Part shown: one piece after another, positions 7,107-15,966 of the stretch
Layout: each line of letters begins with the position of its first letter
Numbering within the stretch: the stretch's first letter is position 1
Assembly: GCA_964596185.1 (NCBI GenBank)
Contig: CAZQUE010000001.1
Coordinates: forward strand, 135,460 to 199,459
From: an uncultured bacterium
Lineage (GTDB): Bacteria; Muiribacteriota; Ozemobacteria; Ozemobacterales; Ozemobacteraceae
Length of the DNA: 64,000 nt
Direction of reading: 5' to 3'
Made by a program: the position numbers and the translations under genes
Notes under the pieces: generated by a model
The model's database searches: none
Seen by the model: only the letters and a program-made list of their open reading frames with translations
Told to the model about the DNA's origin: nothing

Positions 7107-9779
7107 TCAGGGCGTCGCTTGAAGATATTTGGTGTAATATTCAAAATCCATAATCAGAAAGCGCTGCAGATATTCCATCGTCAGCATGATCGAGGCATTT
7201 TTGTTAACTCGATCAATGTCATAGTTCTTTAGCGGTTCAAAAATGGGCTTTCGGCCATCGAGCTTCATGCTCATGACCTTCATGCTGTTGAGATCTTTGT
7301 AATACCAATAATAGTTATCGTTTTCCTGCAGGGCGAGATGATTGAAAGAGGCAAGAAAAATCTTGCGCGGTGCAGGATTTGCGGTTAGCAGATCCATGCC
7401 TTGAATCACTACCGGAACTTTGCTTTTGACCCCACAAAGATTCAGTGCAGTGGGCAAAATATCAATATGTGAGCCTGGAGTTGGGTTTATTTTTAAGCCG
7501 GTGCTGTTTGGTCTGATAATAATAAGAGGAACATTCGTCAGATGTGGGTCGCAGTTCCAGCCGTGCCCAAATTGGCCATTTTCGCCAAGGCTGGTGACGT
7601 GGTCGGAAGTAATCATTATATAAGTGTTTTCGCTAAGCCTGTTTGCATCAAGGGCCTCAACAATTCTGAAAATCTGTGAGTCGAGATAGCTGATGCAGTC
7701 TTTGAATCTGCCGACGGCATCATTGGGTGATTTGCCGAAAACGGTTGGGTGGTCGGAGATCTGATTGAATGGAGCATGAGGAAAAGCGGCCCGGTAATAG
7801 ATGAAGAAAGGTTGATCAGAACTGCTTTTCTCTTTAAGAAAATCTGAAATTCGATCGACGACGAAATGTTCCTTTACGCCCCATATCCAGCCATCATCCT
7901 TGGTCATGCCGGGCATGGTGGTCGCATCATACATTCTGTCAGCGCCTCGTGGGCGATAAAAATTGGCAATTCCTGTATTGCCGGTATAGATCGAGAAAAA
8001 GAGCGAGCAATCAAAACCGGATGCTTTCAAAACTTCGATTAAAGTATTACAAATAAAAACCGGTTTGCTTCTGAAAATATGGAATGTTGATGGGATGATC
8101 CCGGAAAAAATTGAAAATTCTGCATTTGAAGATTCGGCAAAAGATGAAAAATAAAATGGAAAAATCTCGATTCGATCTTTTAATGATTCGAGCTTCGGGG
8201 TAGTTGCATCCTCATTGCCGAAAAGCTGCAAATATCTGGTTCCGGTTGATTCGAGGGTAATCAGAATCAGATTGGCAGGTTTTTGCACATTTTGTTGTCG
8301 TTGCGATTCAACAAACTTTTTCGTTGTTTCCTCGATATTGAAGCCTGCCTGATCAAGTCTTTTCTTGAGAGCTTCAGGGGTTGGGCGTTTTGAAAAATAG
8401 TTTTTGAAATAAGGAACCGAGCCGATGAGGTTGTTGACCGGGTCTGACATGCCGGCAACCGGCGAGTTCAACATGCGCGAGCCGATGTTTGAAATAGCCG
8501 AAAAGCCAAGAATGATAATCAGAAAAAGTTTGGTTCTGCTGGTCGATTTGGCAATGATTCGACCGGATACGAAGCTGGCACTTAACCAGAGAACCGTTGG
8601 CACAATGATAAGGCCGACCAATGTTCCGATACTGACTACTTTGACGGCAGTATTCAAAAACATGCTTAAAGTGCTGAGACTCAAGACCCAATCAATTGCA
8701 TGAAAGTCTACACTCTGGCCCATGTTGAAGAACACAAAACCGTCGACGACATAGAAAATAAAAAGCAGGAACGCCAGCGAATAGAAAATCGCCTTTTCTG
8801 CTTTCTTGCTGAAAAGGCCGAAAAATACTGCAATGATACTGATGATGGTCAGATGAGAAATGGCCATGAAGGCATAACCGAATGAGAAAAGCAAAAGCCA
8901 GAAGTTGAAAACGCAGATCCCCATTGGAATTCGGTTAACTGAAAAGCTGAAAACAATGCTGAAAAAAAGCAGAAAAAACCATGAATGATTTGGTGAACCG
9001 CTTTCATGATGAGATTCGGCAAATTTGATCATTCGAAAACCCAGAAGCCAACATAAAAAGAACAATACTAAAACTGAGATCAGCGATGAACTGTAGATAA
9101 TAGCAAAGTTCAACAGGTAAGCAACTGATGAAACGAAGGTTAGCCCGAAAAAGTAATGCAGGTATCGTGGTGATCGACCTTTGGCGCAGTTAGTCGAGAT
9201 CAGGGTTGTGAACAAAACCGCAAAAGCAAAAATCAATTGGTAATTACTTAAATAATAGGTGAATTGAAAAAAAGGCAGGATACATAACAGATCGATAATC
9301 CGCTCATATCCAGCTTTTCGGGTGATGTAAAAAACCAGGCCATAAAACAGCAGACTCCAGACAATGAACGGCGACTGAAAAAACATGTCCATTATCAAAA
9401 CTGCACTTAAATCTTCATAAGTGGCCTGTGCTTCAAAAATTCTAAAAAGAGCCGGCTTACTGCCGCCCAGCTTGAGATTTGTCAGGGCAAAAATTATAAA
9501 TGCCGCAGGGTAAACCAGGGCGCTCTTGAATTGAAAATCTTTGGGAAAGCGCTTTATCGAGCGAAAGTAGGCGATAAATAAAACTACATATACAGCAATG
9601 TACAGCCAGATGCCGAACTCGGGAAAAGAAAGATCCGGCCTGACCAGTTCGCCAAGGTTTTTGGGAACGTTTAAGAAGATGGCGAAAACACGTGCGGCAA
9701 GAATAAGAACAAATGCCGTATAAACTGGGGCCTTTAGACGCTCTGCGGCACTTTTCCAGAAAAGGATGAAAGAATTCAT
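7107..9779 (-). CDS. Membrane-anchored sulfatase / alkaline-phosphatase-superfamily transferase (LtaS/EptA/PptA-like)
   Basis: A ~520-aa multi-TM N-terminal region is followed by a C-terminal sulfatase-type domain (ITLESTGTRYLQLFG..., ITSDHVTSLGENGQFGHGWN). I moved the start to ATG 9779 (MNSFILFW). The longer track ORF would overlap pilT by ~100 nt. Confidence 0.7.
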   Translation of the reverse strand: MNSFILFWKSAAERLKAPVYTAFVLILAARVFAIFLNVPKNLGELVRPDLSFPEFGIWLYIAVYVVLFIAYFRSIKRFPKDFQFKSALVYPAAFIIFALTNLKLGGSKPALFRIFEAQATYEDLSAVLIMDMFFQSPFIVWSLLFYGLVFYITRKAGYERIIDLLCILPFFQFTYYLSNYQLIFAFAVLFTTLISTNCAKGRSPRYLHYFFGLTFVSSVAYLLNFAIIYSSSLISVLVLFFLCWLLGFRMIKFAESHHESGSPNHSWFFLLFFSIVFSFSVNRIPMGICVFNFWLLLFSFGYAFMAISHLTIISIIAVFFGLFSKKAEKAIFYSLAFLLFIFYVVDGFVFFNMGQSVDFHAIDWVLSLSTLSMFLNTAVKVVSIGTLVGLIIVPTVLWLSASFVSGRIIAKSTSRTKLFLIIILGFSAISNIGSRMLNSPVAGMSDPVNNLIGSVPYFKNYFSKRPTPEALKKRLDQAGFNIEETTKKFVESQRQQNVQKPANLILITLESTGTRYLQLFGNEDATTPKLESLKDRIEIFPFYFSSFAESSNAEFSIFSGIIPSTFHIFRSKPVFICNTLIEVLKASGFDCSLFFSIYTGNTGIANFYRPRGADRMYDATTMPGMTKDDGWIWGVKEHFVVDRISDFLKEKSSSDQPFFIYYRAAFPHAPFNQISDHPTVFGKSPNDAVGRFKDCISYLDSQIFRIVEALDANRLSENTYIMITSDHVTSLGENGQFGHGWNCDPHLTNVPLIIIRPNSTGLKINPTPGSHIDILPTALNLCGVKSKVPVVIQGMDLLTANPAPRKIFLASFNHLALQENDNYYWYYKDLNSMKVMSMKLDGRKPIFEPLKNYDIDRVNKNASIMLTMEYLQRFLIMDFEYYTKYLQATP

Positions 9780-9790
9780 TTCGATGCGCC

Positions 9791-10852
9791 TTAAGCGCTC
9801 TTGAGCATTCTTTCGAGTTCCTTCGGATGCATGGTGTGTGACATTGCTTCTTCGAGAGTGATGTCGCCACGCAAATATAGGTCGCGCAGGCACATTTCGA
9901 AGGTCATCATGCCCTCGTCATGGCTGGTCTGCATGACCGTGTACAGTCCGGAAATCTTCTGTTCGCGAATACAGTTGGCGACGGCCGGGTTTCCGATGAG
10001 AATTTCGTTACAGACGACTCGGCCTTTGCCGCTGGCCATCGGAATGAGCTGCTGGGCAACGACTGCTCTGAGAACGAATGAAAGCTGTGAGCGGATCTGG
10101 CTTTGCTGGTGCGGCGGGAAAATATCGATGATACGGTTGATTGTCTGGGCAGCATCGGTAGTATGCAGAGTGCCGAAAACAAGGTGGCCGGTTTCCGCCA
10201 TGGTACAGGCAGCTGAAACAGTCTCGAGGTCGCGCATTTCGCCGACGAGGATAACGTCTGGATCTTCGCGAAGCACGCGTCTGAGAGCTTCACCGAAAGA
10301 GTTGGTGTCGATATGCAGTTCACGCTGGTTGACCACAGATTTTTTGTGGTAATGCAGGTATTCGATCGGATCTTCGATGGTCATGATGTGATTTCGTCTG
10401 GTTTCGTTGACGATATTGATCAGGCAGGCCAGAGAAGTTGATTTACCAGAACCGGTCGGACCGGTAAAGAGAACCAGCCCTTTGCGCAATTTGGTGAAGT
10501 CACGGAGTTTTTCGGGCAGTCGAAGCTCTTCGAGCGAAGGAATGCGGGTTGGAATAATTCGAAATGCTGCGCCGATACAGCCTCTTTGTTTATAAACGTT
10601 AACGCGGAATCGGCCAAAGCCATGAACTGAATAAGACAGGTCAAGCTCTTTGCATTCTTCGAATTCTTTCTGCTGTTCAGCAGTCAGCATGTTGTAGATC
10701 AACGATCTTGTATCCATAGGAGTGAGAACATCAAGATCGGTTTGAATCAATTCTCCATCAACGCGGATAACCGGAGGGGTTCCCACGGTAATATGAAGAT
10801 CTGATGCACCGTTTTCAATTACCAGGTTTAGCAGATCGTTAAGAACAAACAT
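9791..10852 (-). CDS. pilT: Twitching-motility ATPase PilT
   Basis: The N-terminus MFVLNDLLNLVIENGASDLHI..., Walker A GPTGSGKST and the 353-aa length are PilT hallmarks. Confidence 0.9.
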   Translation of the reverse strand: MFVLNDLLNLVIENGASDLHITVGTPPVIRVDGELIQTDLDVLTPMDTRSLIYNMLTAEQQKEFEECKELDLSYSVHGFGRFRVNVYKQRGCIGAAFRIIPTRIPSLEELRLPEKLRDFTKLRKGLVLFTGPTGSGKSTSLACLINIVNETRRNHIMTIEDPIEYLHYHKKSVVNQRELHIDTNSFGEALRRVLREDPDVILVGEMRDLETVSAACTMAETGHLVFGTLHTTDAAQTINRIIDIFPPHQQSQIRSQLSFVLRAVVAQQLIPMASGKGRVVCNEILIGNPAVANCIREQKISGLYTVMQTSHDEGMMTFEMCLRDLYLRGDITLEEAMSHTMHPKELERMLKSA

Positions 10853-10885
10853 TTTCCCGCACTCCTTATTTTTTTATGTGTATGA

Positions 10886-12718
10886 TTAGTGCTCGCCCAT
10901 GGTGACGCGGACAACTTCTTCAAGAGAGGTCATACCGGTGAGGGCTTTTCTCAGAGCTGATTCGCGCAGTGACAACATGCCTTCTTCAATGGCCTGTCTT
11001 CTGATGTCATCGGTTGAGCCGCCGTTGAGAATGATATCTCTAAGGCGTTCGGACATCAACATAACTTCGTAAACGCCGACGCGGCCTTTTGATCCTGAGT
11101 TGTTGCAGGTTTCGCAGCCTTTGCCCTTGTAGAACATCATATTCTTTTCATTGATGTGGGGCAGGTCGAGACGTCTGAGTAATTCTGGGGTGATGCCGAA
11201 CTGGCTGATTTGCTCAGCTCTTGGTTTGATTTCAAATTTGCAGTCTTTACAGATTTTTCTGACCAGACGTTGTGCCTGAACGATAACGACCGAGGTCGTA
11301 ACCATGAAAGGTTCGATACCCATGTTAACGATACGGCCGATGGTGCCGGGCGCATCGTTGGTATGCAGGGTTGAAAGCACAAGGTGGCCGGTCATCGACG
11401 CTTTGATCGCGATTTCTGCGGTTTCAAAGTCACGAATCTCACCGACCATGATTACATCCGGATCCTGGCGCAGGAAGGAGCGCAGGGCCGCGGCGAAAGT
11501 CAGGCCGATTTCAGGTTTACACTGCACCTGGTTAACCCCATGCAGCATGTATTCAACCGGATCTTCAGCGGTCATGACGTTGGTGTCGACGGCGTTGAGA
11601 GATGTCAGCGCCGAATAAAGCGTTGTGGTTTTACCTGATCCGGTTGGACCGGTAACGAGAATGATGCCGTATGGCGAGGCAATACCGCCCTTGAAGCGTT
11701 CAAGCGTTTTTGGTTCGAACCCGAGATCTTCAAGGTTAACCTTGAGCGAGCTCTGGTCGAGAATTCGCATAACGATTTTTTCGCCCCAGATAACCGGCAG
11801 AACCGATACGCGCAAGTCGATCATGCGGTTGGCCACTTTGATCTTGATACGTCCATCCTGTGGCAGACGCTTTTCAGCGATATTGAGTGACGACATGATT
11901 TTGATACGCGAAGTGATAGCGGCGGTAGCCTTTTTGGGCGGGCTCATGGCGGTGAACATCATGCCGTCCTGGCGATAACGCACGCGCAATTCTTTTTCGA
12001 ACGGTTCGATATGAATGTCGGAAACCCCGTTTTGAACAGCCTGAGAAATAACCAGGTTGCAAAGGCGGATGATCGGCGCATCGTTTTCGCCGAGTTCGCC
12101 GAGCTGGTCGAGATCTTCGTCGTCGGTGTGTCCGATGTCTTCAAGGTCGTCCATCAGTTTGTCCTGCTGGGCAACGGCACCATAGGCGTCCTGTAGTGCT
12201 TTACTGATGTCAGTATGGGTCGCGACGACCGGTTTGACCATCAAACCGCTCATCAGCTGAATGTCGTCGATGGCAATGATGTTAAGTGGGTCGACCATGG
12301 CCACGGTAAGCTTGTTTCCGACCTTGTTGATCGGAATGAGCATGTGACGCTTGGCGATATGTTCGGGTACCAGTTTCGCAATAACCGGATCAATCAGGTA
12401 GTTTGACAGGTCAATGAACGGTATACGAAGCTGCTTTGACAGGATCTGAACGATATCCTGTTCGGTGACAAGATGCATTTCAACCAGCACCGCGCCAAGT
12501 CGTTTGCCGCTCTTTTTCTGTAGCGCCAGAGCCTGTTGCAGTTGCTCTTCGTTGATCAGACCTTCATGAATAAGTGCATCCCCAAGACGCATTTTCTTGG
12601 GAATAGTAGACGAAGAAGCTCCTGGCTTGGGTGGCCCCGGTGGCGCAGCGGCCGGGCCTGGGGGCATTGCGCCGCCATCCGGTCCCTGGCCGGGCTGTGC
12701 AGGAATAGATTGATTCAT
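10886..12718 (-). CDS. pilB: Type IV pilus assembly ATPase PilB (GspE family)
   Basis: An Ala/Pro-rich N-terminus is followed by a GSPII_E N-domain, Walker A GPTGSGKTTT and a C-terminal CxxC...CxxC zinc finger. There is a strong AAGGAAGG SD. Confidence 0.9.
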   Translation of the reverse strand: MNQSIPAQPGQGPDGGAMPPGPAAAPPGPPKPGASSSTIPKKMRLGDALIHEGLINEEQLQQALALQKKSGKRLGAVLVEMHLVTEQDIVQILSKQLRIPFIDLSNYLIDPVIAKLVPEHIAKRHMLIPINKVGNKLTVAMVDPLNIIAIDDIQLMSGLMVKPVVATHTDISKALQDAYGAVAQQDKLMDDLEDIGHTDDEDLDQLGELGENDAPIIRLCNLVISQAVQNGVSDIHIEPFEKELRVRYRQDGMMFTAMSPPKKATAAITSRIKIMSSLNIAEKRLPQDGRIKIKVANRMIDLRVSVLPVIWGEKIVMRILDQSSLKVNLEDLGFEPKTLERFKGGIASPYGIILVTGPTGSGKTTTLYSALTSLNAVDTNVMTAEDPVEYMLHGVNQVQCKPEIGLTFAAALRSFLRQDPDVIMVGEIRDFETAEIAIKASMTGHLVLSTLHTNDAPGTIGRIVNMGIEPFMVTTSVVIVQAQRLVRKICKDCKFEIKPRAEQISQFGITPELLRRLDLPHINEKNMMFYKGKGCETCNNSGSKGRVGVYEVMLMSERLRDIILNGGSTDDIRRQAIEEGMLSLRESALRKALTGMTSLEEVVRVTMGEH

Positions 12719-12803
12719 TACTGCAGTTCCTTCCTTATTTCTTTACAGAAACAATTCCATTAGACTGTCATGATATATCAAGTTTCACTGAATTTCCAGT
12801 AAA

Positions 12804-13628
12804 TCAGAATATACAACCACGCATAATTTTTTCGGGCGCTTCGAGATCTGTCAGCAGTTTGAACGATTCAACCGCCTGAAGCACCAGAAGCTCTTTGCCA
12901 TCGATAATTCTGCAGCCGGATTCATTGGCGGCACCAATTAATTGAGAGCAATCGCTATAATTAAGATCGAAAAAAATCTGCCGATTGTTTAGCTTAGTTT
13001 CAAACTCTTTGATTCTGTCTTCATTTTTCCAACCCAGGGGGGTGGCATTAATGATCAAATCAACTTTTGGTAAAATGGCCTCGAGGTTGTTCGAGTTCCA
13101 GTGCAGAGATTGAAATTCTGTACCCGTTGTCAGATACTGCGGTGCCTTAGATTTTTTTCTTGAGATCTGAAAAATTCTGGCAATTTTATTTTGCGTAAGA
13201 GCCCAGATTACGGCAGCGGCAGAACCGCCATTGCCAAGAACGAGCGCTGAGCCAATCTTTTTTAGAGATGCCAGTATCCGGCACATTGCTATAGCATCAG
13301 TGTTCCAGCCTTCGCTTCCTGCAGAAGAAAATTTTATCGTGTTTACCGCAGAGAGAAGGCTGGCTGGGGGATGTAAAACTTCGCAGAGTTCGGCGGCGTT
13401 TCTTTTGTGGGGAAGGGTAACGTTGACACCCTTGATTCCAAGTGCCTTAAGGCCGTTGAAAGCAGATGGCAGATCGACGACATCGAATGCCAGGTAAACT
13501 GCGGGGAATTTGAGAGCGGCGAAAGCGCAATTCCACATTGCCGGACTCAAAGAATGAGCTACCGGATGACCAATCAGCCCAAAAATGTGCTGAAAGCCCG
13601 ATTTGCATTTTTTTGGTTGCGTTGACAC
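12804..13628 (-). CDS. aroE: Shikimate dehydrogenase
   Basis: FGLIGHPVAHSLSPAMWNCAF matches the AroE N-terminal substrate-binding motif, and there is a Rossmann-type GNGGSAAAV. The start appears to be GTG. Confidence 0.75.
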   Translation of the reverse strand: MSTQPKKCKSGFQHIFGLIGHPVAHSLSPAMWNCAFAALKFPAVYLAFDVVDLPSAFNGLKALGIKGVNVTLPHKRNAAELCEVLHPPASLLSAVNTIKFSSAGSEGWNTDAIAMCRILASLKKIGSALVLGNGGSAAAVIWALTQNKIARIFQISRKKSKAPQYLTTGTEFQSLHWNSNNLEAILPKVDLIINATPLGWKNEDRIKEFETKLNNRQIFFDLNYSDCSQLIGAANESGCRIIDGKELLVLQAVESFKLLTDLEAPEKIMRGCIF

Positions 13629-13663
13629 CTAAAAGGGATCTTCTGGCAGAAGATTTACCGGCT

Positions 13664-14008
13664 TCAGGAAAAGCTTTTCAAAGCGCTTTCTTCAGAATCA
13701 AAAATTTCGAAAACTTTGGTCAGACGAGTGAGCTCGAACAGCTCCTGGACTGCCGGCGAAAGATTGATCAGCTTAAGGTCTCCCTTGGCTTTTTTGACCT
13801 TTTTCAAAGTTGCGGCAACGACGCCAAGGCCCATGCTGTTGAGATAATTCACTTCCTGAAAATCCATGATCAGTTTGTTTTTGCCGTCGGCAACGATCTG
13901 ATCGATACGATCTTTGAATTGATTGACGGTTTCGGTACCGATTTCGCCTCTGAGAACTACCAGCGTAACATCGTTACCCTTAGGTCTTACGTCGATTCTG
14001 ATTTCCAT
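13664..14008 (-). CDS. STAS-domain anti-sigma-factor antagonist (SpoIIAA-like)
   Basis: A 114-aa protein with the typical STAS pattern (...LRGEIGTETVNQFKDRI..., conserved phosphorylatable serine context NSMGLGVV). GGGAGG SD. Confidence 0.75.
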   Translation of the reverse strand: MEIRIDVRPKGNDVTLVVLRGEIGTETVNQFKDRIDQIVADGKNKLIMDFQEVNYLNSMGLGVVAATLKKVKKAKGDLKLINLSPAVQELFELTRLTKVFEIFDSEESALKSFS

Positions 14009-14058
14009 TTTGGTTTCCTCCCAGTTATTCTTCTGCCAAATAACTTTTCCTAAAATTA

Positions 14059-14094
14059 CCTCATCTTTCTCTCAGATGCAAGAGAAAGACGAGG
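14059..14094 (-). terminator. Stem-loop between the OMP gene and the STAS gene (possible terminator or attenuator)
   Basis: A 14-bp imperfect inverted repeat cctcatctttctct / agagaaagacgagg with an 8-nt loop, flanked by T/A-rich sequence. It lies between convergent-order genes on the minus strand. Confidence 0.3.
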
Positions 14095-14128
14095 TTTATT
14101 GTAAAGGGGATTTACAAACGTTTTTAGA

Positions 14129-15139
14129 TTAGAACTGTTTTGATGCAGAGATTCTATGCGCGTCTCCCAGAGTTTCGTCGGCGTAGGAATAATCAAAACG
14201 CCAGGTATCGAGCTTGAAGCTGGCACCAAGAGTCAGGTCGCCGTCGTGGGCACCGAGTCTCAGAGCGGCATAGTCCTGTACCCAGTATTCTGCGCCGGCA
14301 TAAAGCTTGGCATCCATGTCTTCAACCTTGTTGATGTCGGCGGCGATTGTAAGCTTGTCATTGGGCTTATGGGCAACACCAACCTGAAGGGTGGTGGGAA
14401 CGCTATCAGAATGTCCTGAAGCTGTATCCCATTCGAGAGATTCACCAATGTCGCGAACAGACAGACCCAGAGTCGTCTTTTCGTTGGCTTCATAGAGGAA
14501 GCCGAGATCGAGGCCGAAACTGTCTGCCGAGTTGGTAAACAGATCCTGGCTCAGATATTTGAGGTTGATACCACCATACCAGCGATCAGCCAGTTTTTTG
14601 GCGTATGAACCGAAAGTTGCTTTTTCAGAATCATCGAAGTAGCTGAAAATGTAAACTGATTTACCGGGAGAATAAGTCCCGTCAGGATTGGTAGCCGGAA
14701 GATCCGTTCCTGCTGGAATCGCTGTTCCATCAAGAGTTGCAGGGGTGTTGCCTGTGCCATAAGTAGTGGCAAGCCGTGTTTCAGGAATACCATCAACGCC
14801 GAATCTGATGTGAGACAGGGCGACAACGCCATTGTCTTTGCCATCTTTGCCTTTAAGCGGATGCGCGTAGTTGAAGAAGTTGTATTCGCGATCCATGCTC
14901 AGGTCGGCGTGCATGAAAGAGCCTTCAGCCTTTTTCAGTTTGGCGAGTCCGGCCGGATTCCAAAACGCGGCGGTAGAGTCGTCGGCCAGTGCAGTGAATG
15001 CACTGCCCATGCCCAGAGCCCGGGCACCGACACCCATTTTCAGATATGCTCCCGCCTGGCCTGCGGATTCAGCAAAGGCAGTGCTCATGGTGCCTACGCT
15101 AAGAGCCACGAGGAAGAGAGTCTTTAAAACCTTTTTCAT
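14129..15139 (-). CDS. FadL/PorV-family outer-membrane beta-barrel protein
   Basis: Signal peptide MKKVLKTLFLVALSVGTMSTAFA. The FadL-type N-terminal hatch motif is present (GVGARALGMGSAFTALADDSTAAFWNPAGLAKL). The body has alternating-hydrophobic beta-strand character and ends in C-terminal ...ASKQF. I trimmed the start to ATG 15139. Confidence 0.55.
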   Translation of the reverse strand: MKKVLKTLFLVALSVGTMSTAFAESAGQAGAYLKMGVGARALGMGSAFTALADDSTAAFWNPAGLAKLKKAEGSFMHADLSMDREYNFFNYAHPLKGKDGKDNGVVALSHIRFGVDGIPETRLATTYGTGNTPATLDGTAIPAGTDLPATNPDGTYSPGKSVYIFSYFDDSEKATFGSYAKKLADRWYGGINLKYLSQDLFTNSADSFGLDLGFLYEANEKTTLGLSVRDIGESLEWDTASGHSDSVPTTLQVGVAHKPNDKLTIAADINKVEDMDAKLYAGAEYWVQDYAALRLGAHDGDLTLGASFKLDTWRFDYSYADETLGDAHRISASKQF

Positions 15140-15244
15140 ATTGTTTCCCCTTACGAGTCGATAGAACTGGTTATCTATCATTTCGGCAGCTGACTTGATT
15201 TTCTGAACGATAATTTAACTATTTTTGAAAAAAAGTTTTTTCAA

Positions 15245-15940
15245 TTAGATACCGGTCAGTCCAAGATCGAGCAGTGATTTGTAAATTTGCGCAACTGAGC
15301 TGTCATTAGAACTGTCTTCAGCTCGGGCAACGTTGATCTGTGATCGTGCTTTGTCCTGGTCACCCAGTTCGTTGCGCCAGAAATAACAGAAGGCCAGCAT
15401 TGCATGTGCTTCGGCATTGCTGATGCCAATGTCGTGAGTTGATTGGAACACGAAAGCGGTGTTGTTCAGACCTATTTGTTCCAGCACTTGAATCGCCTGT
15501 TTGAATCCTGCCAGTTGTCCGCGCTGAATCAGTGCGGAGGCCAGACCGATACGGGCTTCATTGTTGGTTGAGGCGGCCTGAGTAAAGGCTGAATAACCGG
15601 ACTCAACCCCTGAAGATTTGGTCAGTGCCCAGCCCAGACCATTATATGCGTGAGATTTCTGGTCATCGCTGATATTGCTGATCGTCAAAACTTCATTGAA
15701 TTTGTTTATTGCACTGCTGTAAGCGCCATAACGGAAGTCTTCCCATGCAGAAGCGATCAATGAGTCTGGATCAGTTTCACCGGTGCCGCCGGTTCCACCT
15801 GTTCCACCAGTGCCGCCGGTTCCCGGAGTCGGAATTTCGGGCGGAATGGTGTAACGTCCGCTGCCACCGCCGCTGCCGCAGCCGCTGGCTATGAGTATGA
15901 CAATGCCGATGGTAAACAGCACCAGTAGTTTTCTGTTCAT
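15245..15940 (-). CDS. Lipoprotein with (GTG)n linker and TPR-like domain (cassette 1)
   Basis: MNRKLLVLFTIGIVILIASGC is a lipobox. A GTGGTGGTGGTGGTGE linker precedes a TPR-like helical domain. The C-terminus SVAQIYKSLLDLGLTGI is shared with the 25913..26692 paralog. GGAGA SD. Starts 8-26 nt after the giant ORF stop. Confidence 0.6.
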   Translation of the reverse strand: MNRKLLVLFTIGIVILIASGCGSGGGSGRYTIPPEIPTPGTGGTGGTGGTGGTGETDPDSLIASAWEDFRYGAYSSAINKFNEVLTISNISDDQKSHAYNGLGWALTKSSGVESGYSAFTQAASTNNEARIGLASALIQRGQLAGFKQAIQVLEQIGLNNTAFVFQSTHDIGISNAEAHAMLAFCYFWRNELGDQDKARSQINVARAEDSSNDSSVAQIYKSLLDLGLTGI

Positions 15941-15966
15941 TTTGCTATCTCCAATCATATTCGCTA

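Noticed and set aside
9780-9893. N-terminal 38-aa extension of the sulfatase-family ORF (MPARPIFAWRHH...)
   Set aside because: It would overlap the 3' end of pilT by ~100 nt. It is basic and non-hydrophobic, unlike the membrane protein body. The internal ATG at 9779 gives an 11-nt gap after the pilT stop.
9801-10352. 183-aa ORF antisense to pilT
   Set aside because: It overlaps the highly conserved PilT coding sequence on the opposite strand, and has no independent support.
12719-12803. Possible promoter elements for pilB in the pilB-aroE intergenic spacer
   Set aside because: I could find only weak or ambiguous -35/-10 combinations, with TTGATA-16-TGGAAT the best of them. That is not good enough to report as a feature.
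13538-14053. 171-aa plus-strand ORF spanning the aroE-STAS region
   Set aside because: It is antisense to the well-supported STAS gene and the aroE 5' end, with no RBS. Its composition is consistent with a shadow ORF.
15140-15181. Upstream ATG (MIDNQFYRLVRGNN) for the outer-membrane protein
   Set aside because: The downstream ATG at 15139 begins a canonical signal peptide (MKKVLKTLFLVALSV...AFA) and has a purine-rich RBS. The extension would place polar residues before the signal peptide.
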